A stretch of 64,000 nucleotides of DNA from a virus (lineage: Duplodnaviria; Caudoviricetes), in IMG/VR virus record IMGVR_UViG_3300028591_000079, positions 128,001 to 192,000 of that record. The stretch is one strand, 5' to 3'. Under the pieces are notes generated by a model that saw only the letters and a program-made list of their open reading frames with translations, had not been told where the DNA came from and ran no database searches. Below are positions 48,877-56,334 of this stretch, in pieces. Each line of letters starts with the position of its first letter. Positions within the stretch are counted from its first letter, which is position 1. Position numbers and translations under genes: made by a program.

Positions 48877-49198
48877 TTCTTTCTCCAACATAAAAATCAT
48901 AAAAATCTTCTGGTGTCATTAGTGCATATTTTTCTTCATCAATAGAAACGATAAAGTCTTCATTTATTCTACCGTTTCTGGATGGACTATAATACCAATC
49001 CATAAGTGGAGAATCGTCTGTTATTTCTAAACCAATAAGAGCAGACAGATATTTTATAGCACGTTCTTCGTTTATATCAGGAATCGAATGAAAAAAACCA
49101 CGAATGTAATTATCAAGAGCATCTTCAACAGCTTGTTTTTTCTGTTGTGCTTCAATGATTGCATCTAATTCTTCAACAAATTGTTCTTTTGTGATCAT
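48869..49198 (-). CDS. Hypothetical protein
   Basis: 109 aa, directly downstream of the structured RNA. Confidence 0.6.
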   Translation of the reverse strand: MITKEQFVEELDAIIEAQQKKQAVEDALDNYIRGFFHSIPDINEERAIKYLSALIGLEITDDSPLMDWYYSPSRNGRINEDFIVSIDEEKYALMTPEDFYDFYVGERND

Positions 49199-49214
49199 AT
49201 TATTCTCTTTTTAT

Positions 49215-49435
49215 TGTTGGACCGCGGTAAATGAAAACCATTCCAGCCTTAGGTTGTGTTGGGTCAACTATTTTACAAACAGTGCGTCTCTATCTCATAT
49301 TCTCTAGGCCACACCATTGTCCAAGGACTATGGAGATTGTATCCTTGGAAAAATCCCTTAGAGTCTCAACAGCTCCACACACATTGGCAGGTTACCCCTA
49401 TCAATCTCCTTTATTCATTTCATTATGGTCCAACA
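49215..49435 (-). ncRNA. Putative ~220-nt structured ncRNA with pseudoknots
   Basis: 9-bp closing stem, several nested stems, two pseudoknot pairings, raised GC, promoter aligned to its 5' end. Confidence 0.75.
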
Positions 49436-49440
49436 CCTTT

Positions 49441-49473
49441 ATTATAGTATTTTTAATTTAAATCACAAGTTAA
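49441..49473 (-). promoter_or_regulatory. Sigma70-like ATTAAA-class promoter driving the ncRNA
   Basis: Minus strand TTAAC-TTGTGA-tttaaATTAAAaatac-TATAAT. Confidence 0.75.
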
Positions 49474-50266
49474 AAGACGATCTAATACTAAATTCTAAAG
49501 ATTCTGCAGTGTCTTCTCTTGAATTTAGAACAATTGGTAATTTAGCCCCCATCAAAAGCCCTCCACAAACCCAATTTTCACTTAGCGCTGTTAGACTTTT
49601 CCAAATTGCATTACCTTCATTTATATCTTTTACAACAATAACATCTGACACTGGACCACTTATACCTTTTGATTCCCTAATGTTTTTATTGAGTGCCACA
49701 TCTAATTGTTCTATTCTTAGTTGTCCTTCTGGGTATTCAAATTTGTTTTTATTCCACCAATCGTAATAAAATGGATTTGTTTCTCTATTGTTTTCGCCGC
49801 CGGCAGACAATAAAGATGTATATATTTCTTTTTTCTCCCACACACATTTCAAATAAACTTCTGTAGCATATTGAATCGCTTTTGGTATCAAATCCTCAGC
49901 ATTCAATAATCTCAAGTTACATGCAGCATCGGTCAATATAAAAGTTTGATTTGTTTTTGTGTTTTTAAATATCCCACAATGAATCAATCTATCACCACCA
50001 AAATATTTATTCAACTCTATAATGGGTCTAATAAAGTTTTCTGTGTGAATTTTGCCTTTTACTATAATATATTTTTCTTTTATCATTGTTAGTGTCACGT
50101 TTTTATTTGTAGCAGCATCATCTAACTTAAAATGATCAACTAAAGAATTCCTACCAATAACAGGAACAACATAAACTTCACCAACAACATTTTCTTTTTT
50201 TAGTTTATCAAAGACTTTAGCATGTTTTTCTGTAATCTGACCCAACAATAATATATCTTTTTTCAT
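49463..50266 (-). CDS. Phosphate acetyl/butyryltransferase (PTA_PTB family)
   Basis: KG..HT..F, ILTDAA.N, LLSA, DV.VV.DI..GN..WKSL, G.LMGAK.PIVL.SR.D. Confidence 0.85.
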   Translation of the reverse strand: MKKDILLLGQITEKHAKVFDKLKKENVVGEVYVVPVIGRNSLVDHFKLDDAATNKNVTLTMIKEKYIIVKGKIHTENFIRPIIELNKYFGGDRLIHCGIFKNTKTNQTFILTDAACNLRLLNAEDLIPKAIQYATEVYLKCVWEKKEIYTSLLSAGGENNRETNPFYYDWWNKNKFEYPEGQLRIEQLDVALNKNIRESKGISGPVSDVIVVKDINEGNAIWKSLTALSENWVCGGLLMGAKLPIVLNSREDTAESLEFSIRSSFNL

Positions 50267-50268
50267 AA

Positions 50269-50478
50269 TTATAATTCCTTTGATCTTTCAATTACACTTT
50301 TGGCAGCATTTTTTATGGATTTTTTGAATTGTTTCCACATCTTTTCAATATCATCTGGTGTATCTGTTTCTTTCACATGTTCCATACAAAAAGCCAAATA
50401 CAGTTTTACATCAGACTTTTTTATCGTGTGCGGTACTTTTATGCATTTTAGCTTGCTATTGATTTCCTTCATTTTCAT
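50269..50478 (-). CDS. Hypothetical protein
   Basis: Short ORF in operon. Confidence 0.5.
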   Translation of the reverse strand: MKMKEINSKLKCIKVPHTIKKSDVKLYLAFCMEHVKETDTPDDIEKMWKQFKKSIKNAAKSVIERSKEL

Positions 50479-51040
50479 CTTTATAATCCCTCCAGTCCAT
50501 TTTTAACATTGTATTTAGATAGTCCATAAGATTTCTTGTTTCTTCATCGTCTATACATAAATCAGCAACAGTCCAACAACCGTTTTTCAATACTCTCCAA
50601 GCTTTTGACCATCTTGTGTGCTTTTCCCATAATAAACACTCTGGGCACATCCAAATTGTAAAAGTATCATCAAAAGTATCTGGTTCAACAAGTAATGCAT
50701 TGAAAGTACCCAAATCATGAAAATAAGTACCAAATAAACCTACATTTTTTCCCGTTTTTGGTTTATATCCTGTTGCTTTTTTTAGATCTTTCAACAATTG
50801 TTGTGCTCTGTCTTTTGGTAAACATATAACATCTTGCCCTCTGTTTGTGTACCCCTTGAACAATATTGCAAAAAAATCTTTAATCTTATTCCACCACAAA
50901 TACCATGCAGACCTTTGTGATCCCATATAAGTAAATAATGTCCAATAAGTTACATATGGTACATTATTGGCTGGATTTTTATTTACATCTAATCTCAAAG
51001 CATCCATTTCACAACTACAAGAATAATAAGAATTAATCAT
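50456..51040 (-). CDS. Hypothetical protein with an internal duplication
   Basis: AAGGAG RBS; two similar halves. Confidence 0.6.
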   Translation of the reverse strand: MINSYYSCSCEMDALRLDVNKNPANNVPYVTYWTLFTYMGSQRSAWYLWWNKIKDFFAILFKGYTNRGQDVICLPKDRAQQLLKDLKKATGYKPKTGKNVGLFGTYFHDLGTFNALLVEPDTFDDTFTIWMCPECLLWEKHTRWSKAWRVLKNGCWTVADLCIDDEETRNLMDYLNTMLKMDWRDYKDENEGNQ

Positions 51041-51051
51041 TTTAACTCCTT

Positions 51052-51576
51052 TTATTTGATTTTTTCTTCTACAAAATGATTATCTTCATCATAGTATACA
51101 ACATATTTTATTCCGCATCTACGTAAAAATTCCCAACATCCTTTACATGGTTTTGAGCTTCCTCTAGTATCAGATAACAATCCACCCTTTCTTCTTGCTA
51201 CAACTATCATAGGAATCTTTAAGGATCTTACAAATTCAAAAAAATACTTTTCTTGGCTTTCTGTTGGATTAGTTATTTTATTTGTGAACATAGCGCCAAC
51301 CCCAGCAACATCCAATTCCATTATTGTTCTTGAATCTATAACTTTAGTAACATAATTTCTAACAGCATCCAATTCACAATGACTACCTCTCTGATCTCGC
51401 CTATATCCGTTTTTTTGCTTCATCCAAAAATATGGTTGTTTGGTATTATGTCCTATTGATAATATATTCCCGTCTTTATCTAACAAACAAGCAGCCATTC
51501 TTTGCCGATATTCTGAGTTTACAGTTTCATCAAAAGCAACATTTAAAGCTTTCAACATTTCATGACGGTTTATCAA
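51052..51576 (-). CDS. Cytidine/dCMP deaminase-like zinc protein
   Basis: ILSIGHN, HCE, SKPCKGC..GIKYVVY. Confidence 0.85.
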   Translation of the reverse strand: MINRHEMLKALNVAFDETVNSEYRQRMAACLLDKDGNILSIGHNTKQPYFWMKQKNGYRRDQRGSHCELDAVRNYVTKVIDSRTIMELDVAGVGAMFTNKITNPTESQEKYFFEFVRSLKIPMIVVARRKGGLLSDTRGSSKPCKGCWEFLRRCGIKYVVYYDEDNHFVEEKIK

Positions 51577-51596
51577 AATTTTCTCCTTTTTTTAGT

Positions 51597-51624
51597 ATTA
51601 TATTGAACTTAATAAAAAATGCAA
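51597..51624 (-). promoter_or_regulatory. Sigma70-like promoter heading the minus-strand accessory block
   Basis: Minus strand TTGCAT-ttttTATTAAGttcaa-TATAAT. Confidence 0.65.
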
Positions 51625-51657
51625 TTAAAAAATTTTCTCAAACTAATTAATTTTCAT

Positions 51658-51664
51658 AGTTCTA
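51658..51664 (+). promoter_or_regulatory. Putative late promoter motif AGTTCTA heading the terminase operon
   Basis: In the divergent intergenic region. Confidence 0.7.
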
Positions 51665-51719
51665 TTTATTAGATATACTATTTGAATGGAGAAACCTATA
51701 TACAAGAGAATTAGTTAAA

Positions 51720-52133
51720 ATGTCATTACAGAAGATGGATCCAGACACTAAAATGGAGATAATCATCAATATGGCATGGGGCACTCCGCTAAAAATTATT
51801 GCACAAAAGTATAAGACCACAGAAAGTAAAATTATAAACCTTAGAAAAAACAACTATAAACTATATAATCAAATTTCAGAAGGTTTTTATATAGCAGATG
51901 AAGTTGCGGTTTTAGGTTTATGTCCAATACATGAAAGAGCTGTAAATGTAATAAGAAACAAATACAAATCTCGTTTCAAAATATTAGATGAAAATAATTA
52001 CTTACTTGATGGTTCTGCAATACTAATGGATAAAATAATAGAAATAGCAGACTCCATTATAGCTTTAGATGATATTCCTCCACTAAACGAAAGTAGATGG
52101 TTGAAGAATTTTTATAAAGAATGTAAAAAGTAA
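51720..52133 (+). CDS. Hypothetical protein with possible N-terminal HTH
   Basis: GTPLKIIAQKY.TTESKI. Confidence 0.5.
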   Translation: MSLQKMDPDTKMEIIINMAWGTPLKIIAQKYKTTESKIINLRKNNYKLYNQISEGFYIADEVAVLGLCPIHERAVNVIRNKYKSRFKILDENNYLLDGSAILMDKIIEIADSIIALDDIPPLNESRWLKNFYKECKK

Positions 52134-52148
52134 AAGGAGCAACTTAAT

Positions 52149-52538
52149 ATGCAAACTAAAACAAGAGAAGTAGAAATACCAGAAGGAATGTCTCTAATGG
52201 ACTACGCAAAACAAACAAAAGGGATATATATAAATCTTTTGAATCTTTGTGGTCGTTCTCCTACAAGTGGCAAGTATGAATTTAGATATATGTTGTCAAA
52301 TAAAAGTCTGTATGGTGAAAAGGTAAAAATCGTAAACGCAGGACAAGAATTAGATGCAACAGTCCTTTATAGTTGTTTAGGAACTGATTATAGAGACAAA
52401 AAACAATATAGGGAAGAATTCAAAAAAGCTGTTGATGAATTAGTAAAAGATTATAGAACACAAGAAAGAATTGATGCTCATATCTCTGGTGAAAACTATT
52501 CATTAGAAGAATTGCGCAAAAAAGGACTATTGGATTAA
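52149..52538 (+). CDS. Hypothetical protein
   Basis: AAGGAG RBS. Confidence 0.6.
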   Translation: MQTKTREVEIPEGMSLMDYAKQTKGIYINLLNLCGRSPTSGKYEFRYMLSNKSLYGEKVKIVNAGQELDATVLYSCLGTDYRDKKQYREEFKKAVDELVKDYRTQERIDAHISGENYSLEELRKKGLLD

Positions 52539-52540
52539 AA

Positions 52541-52813
52541 ATGGATAAAAAAGTTGAATATATTGCTGAATTGTTGGGTATGGAAAATCAAGATGTGGCA
52601 TTGGTCTTGTATACATATCTCAGTAAAGTATTGGAAGATTTAGTTCACAACAGATACGCAGTTACCATATTTGGAGAATTGGTATTTGATGATGAAAATA
52701 ATATAGTCTTCAAAAACAACAAATTCGAATTCAACAATAAGCTTTTTGACCGTAAAGATATATTGTCAATTTTACAGGTAGTTGAATATGGACCGGGTGG
52801 AAGAGTTTTTTAA
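52541..52813 (+). CDS. Hypothetical protein, possibly divergent HU/IHF-like
   Basis: IAELLG..DV..VL..Y..V...L..IFGE pattern; 90 aa. Confidence 0.4.
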   Translation: MDKKVEYIAELLGMENQDVALVLYTYLSKVLEDLVHNRYAVTIFGELVFDDENNIVFKNNKFEFNNKLFDRKDILSILQVVEYGPGGRVF

Positions 52814-53063
52814 GAAGCCAAGAAGAAAATTGTCAATAGAAGAAATAGATGATATGCTGGATCTTCTTGACAAAGTGTATGATTCTGCTCTAAACAAAAA
52901 AGAAGATTACTACATTCAAATTGCTCTTATACATCTTCTTGTCGGATACCCAAATGAAAACACAAAATATTCAGAAGCTACACTAAAAATAAATGACTGG
53001 ATATATCAACTAAGACCAATAATAAACGAATATAGGATTAAACACCACCATGGCAAAGTTTGA
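52782..53063 (+). CDS. Hypothetical protein
   Basis: ORF in the terminase operon. Confidence 0.5.
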   Translation: MNMDRVEEFFKKPRRKLSIEEIDDMLDLLDKVYDSALNKKEDYYIQIALIHLLVGYPNENTKYSEATLKINDWIYQLRPIINEYRIKHHHGKV

Positions 53064-53637
53064 AAACCAAAAGTATATATTTAATGAGGATTTTAGTTCT
53101 GAAGATTTTGTCTATATGGCTTTTTCTATGCTAGAGACTCGTGGTTATCATGGGCTTATTGAATTGATGTCGATAATAGATGATCCAGATAAAATAATGC
53201 AAATCATATACTTATTCAACGGTATGGAAATAAAAATGCCAAAAAGTACCGAATTTGCTGACACCCTAAAATCTTGTGCTATGGCTTATTTTATGCTTAA
53301 TGGAAATGCTTATTCTAAAAACGGATTTACTAAAAAAGAAGCAATGGCAACACTAAACGTAGAATCAGAAGAAGAATATGAAAAACTTGTAAAAATATAT
53401 CAAGACTGGGTTGCTCGCATGAAAGATAATGGATTCTACGTACAAGACTACCTAAAATTCAAAAATAATACCGAACTAAACAAGGTAGAAAGAATACAAG
53501 GAATATATAAACCCGGCAATAGACTCAAAAAAATATTCTCTATAAAAAAATTTAAACAAGAGGCAAAAAAACCTAAAAAGAGAAAATCACCAACAAAAAA
53601 ACCAAAAATAATGGAAGAGACGAAAAATGAACAATGA
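53050..53637 (+). CDS. Hypothetical protein, possible Mor-like domain
   Basis: LFNGMEIKMP resembles the FGG.xx.P motif of Mor-type activators; weak. Confidence 0.4.
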   Translation: MAKFENQKYIFNEDFSSEDFVYMAFSMLETRGYHGLIELMSIIDDPDKIMQIIYLFNGMEIKMPKSTEFADTLKSCAMAYFMLNGNAYSKNGFTKKEAMATLNVESEEEYEKLVKIYQDWVARMKDNGFYVQDYLKFKNNTELNKVERIQGIYKPGNRLKKIFSIKKFKQEAKKPKKRKSPTKKPKIMEETKNEQ

Positions 53638-54301
53638 CGATATGCCTAAAAAATGGACTGAAATGGCCAATAGTGAAGAAACAGAACAAAACACTTCAAT
53701 TGCCAATTATGAAGAAGAACAAGTCCCAGCATTATCATACGAAGAACAAAAAGAATTAGTAGAACAAGAATCCCCAGAAGAATATAAAGACATGTTTGGG
53801 GCCCTTGTTGAAGTTTCTAATATGGCAAATCTTCTTTCTAAAATTGACACAGACGAAAGCCAATATGTAAGACGTAAAATGTTAGATATCGTGTCAGAAG
53901 AATTTATTAGAAAACGTATGAACACTAATGTAAAACTCGAAGATATGAAATTAAGACTTTTAAATAGAGTTTATGATAATATTGACCAATTAGATCTCAC
54001 AACATCATACGAAATGCTCAAAGGTATACATGAAATGACTCAAGGAGAAGCACAATCCCCAATAGGAAGATATGCAAATCCGTCTATTATACCAACACAA
54101 AATACGGGTCCTACAATTAATATATCAACCGGAGAAGGAAATATAAATACAGCAACAATATCTCCAACCCCAGCTCCAACAAGTAACATTAATCTAAAGG
54201 ATCTTTCCCGCATGAGTGAAGCACAAAAAGCATGGGGGGATCTAAAAGTAAAGAAAAAAGATCCAATAATAATAAATACAGAGGGTAAAGATAAACAATA
54301 A
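53627..54301 (+). CDS. Putative terminase small subunit
   Basis: Helical 224-aa protein directly upstream of the large subunit. Confidence 0.5.
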   Translation: MNNDDMPKKWTEMANSEETEQNTSIANYEEEQVPALSYEEQKELVEQESPEEYKDMFGALVEVSNMANLLSKIDTDESQYVRRKMLDIVSEEFIRKRMNTNVKLEDMKLRLLNRVYDNIDQLDLTTSYEMLKGIHEMTQGEAQSPIGRYANPSIIPTQNTGPTINISTGEGNINTATISPTPAPTSNINLKDLSRMSEAQKAWGDLKVKKKDPIIINTEGKDKQ

Positions 54302-56334
54302 TGATAACAAAGACTCAATTTACAGAAAGCGAAATAGATCAAAAAATAGATAATCTTCCCTCTATATCTTTTGATGATAATGAAGAATTTCAAAGAGTTG
54401 TTATGTCTCAAGATTTTACGGACATATTCAACTATATTATGCAAACAAGAGACATTCCAGATAAAATTAGAGCTTTAAATGAAATAGATCAAAGAATATC
54501 ACTCTATCTTACATTAACAAGTCAAGATGAAAATTTTATATCTCAATCTGATCAAATACTTTACGCCAGACATTTTCCAGATATTGAAGAATTTTTAGAT
54601 AATAATTTTTATATGGGATATACATCTGGAACTATTTATCCATACTGGCGTGAAAAAATGTTATTAATGTTTGATAAAGGTTCCACAATCAAAAAAGCTG
54701 TTTATACGGGCTGTATTGGATCTGGTAAATCTACAATAGCCAGAAAATGTTCAATATATTCCCTGTATAAAGTATTATGTTTACGCCATCCTCGTGCAGT
54801 ATTCAATGTAGATAATGATGCAACCTTAGCTAGCTTTATTTATTCTATCACCTTGAAGACAGTGTATGAAACTAACCTTATGCCTTTTGTAAAGATTTTG
54901 GATAGTATGCCATGTTTTCAAAGAGTTCAAAAAATAGCAGCCTTCAAAAATTTCGATATATCAGAAGAAACATCACCTATCCCTTATTGTGTTACTGGAT
55001 CAGGTGGAGATACTACAATTCATTTTGCCAACAATATTATTCAGTTCGCAGGATCTCAGGAAACACACCAAACTGGTAGAAATATTTTTAATGCTTTCTT
55101 GGACGAAGTCTCTGAAAAAGGCCTTGAAGATGGTCTTAGAATTATTAATGCTCTTGATGCTCGTATTTCATCTCGTTTCCAAGGATCTAACTTTACATTT
55201 TTTAGTATTGTATCATCAGCGAAAGAAAAAGCCAGTCCTATTGGTGCCTATATTAGATCGATTCCACAAGATGATAAAGAAAGTATAGTATTCTCGCCTA
55301 AACTATGGGAAGTTAAACCAGATCCGGATTTTCAAGGTGATGGCAGAACTTTTACTGTATTAGTGGGAAATGGAATTATACCATCAAGAATTATAGATAA
55401 TGAAATAGAATTAGAACAAATTAAGAATGGTGAATTTGTTTTGCAGAATGGGTGTGAAATTATTGAGCCACCTCTTTTCTATAAACAAAAATTTGAAATG
55501 AACATAGATCAAGCCATTCAAGATATTGCAGGTATCGCTACCGGTGGTGAAGATCTTGTTTTTAGAGATACATCAAAATTACAAGATACTAACTTGTGTC
55601 CTGAAATTCATTTTGTGGCAGATCTAGGTAAAAAAACGGATCTATTCCAATTTTTACCATCTCATTTGTTTACAACAGATTTAAGTGGGAGAAAAAGATT
55701 TAAAAGAGCACCAAACGCTGAAAGGGTTGTGCATCTTGATTTAGCAGAAGCATCAGGAGAAACAGAGGCAGGTATAGGATTGATGCACAAAGAATTATAT
55801 AAAGCACCAAATTCCGTTTTCCCGGAAGAAATATATGTTGTTGATTTTATTGGATATGTAAATTCAAAAACAAGAATTGACCTAGAGGCAATACAAAACC
55901 TATATATAAAACTTGTAACAGAATATGGTTGCAATATAAGACTTATGAGTTCAGACCAACATCAAGGCGAATTAATGAGACAATTTTTTGATAATCATAG
56001 ACTAGCGACAGAAACAGCATATATATCAGTTGACCGTACTTTGCAACCATATAACAACACAGCAAGGCTTATTGAATTGGGTAGAGTAAAAATTGGTAAA
56101 TGTCCTTATCTTATTGAACAAATGGAAAACGTTGGCATTAGAAGTGGTAAAGCAGTAAGACTAAACGCAACAAGAAAAGATATGACCGATGTTCTTTGTG
56201 GTATGATAGAAGGAGCACGCATTTGTAATTTATCAGCTGCTTATACTTATTCGGTTTCACCACAAGAAAAAGAAAACAAGGATACTATACAATCCTTGTT
56301 AAAATCTGATCAATTTTTGGTAGATATATTATAG
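54301..56334 (+). CDS. Terminase large subunit
   Basis: YPYW, Walker A GCIGSGKS, Walker B AFLDE, VSS; nuclease VHLDLA..SD..KDMTD. Confidence 0.9.
   Translation: MITKTQFTESEIDQKIDNLPSISFDDNEEFQRVVMSQDFTDIFNYIMQTRDIPDKIRALNEIDQRISLYLTLTSQDENFISQSDQILYARHFPDIEEFLDNNFYMGYTSGTIYPYWREKMLLMFDKGSTIKKAVYTGCIGSGKSTIARKCSIYSLYKVLCLRHPRAVFNVDNDATLASFIYSITLKTVYETNLMPFVKILDSMPCFQRVQKIAAFKNFDISEETSPIPYCVTGSGGDTTIHFANNIIQFAGSQETHQTGRNIFNAFLDEVSEKGLEDGLRIINALDARISSRFQGSNFTFFSIVSSAKEKASPIGAYIRSIPQDDKESIVFSPKLWEVKPDPDFQGDGRTFTVLVGNGIIPSRIIDNEIELEQIKNGEFVLQNGCEIIEPPLFYKQKFEMNIDQAIQDIAGIATGGEDLVFRDTSKLQDTNLCPEIHFVADLGKKTDLFQFLPSHLFTTDLSGRKRFKRAPNAERVVHLDLAEASGETEAGIGLMHKELYKAPNSVFPEEIYVVDFIGYVNSKTRIDLEAIQNLYIKLVTEYGCNIRLMSSDQHQGELMRQFFDNHRLATETAYISVDRTLQPYNNTARLIELGRVKIGKCPYLIEQMENVGIRSGKAVRLNATRKDMTDVLCGMIEGARICNLSAAYTYSVSPQEKENKDTIQSLLKSDQFLVDIL

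Noticed and set aside
49215-49435. tmRNA, RNase P RNA, or the short + strand ORFs 49231/49256
   Set aside because: No tRNA-like domain or tag ORF, no RNase P P4 consensus; the ORFs lack RBSs and run against the operon and promoter.
28722-56334. Inteins or introns in RecA, helicase, DnaE or terminase
   Set aside because: Lengths and motif spacing are normal and no splicing motifs were seen.
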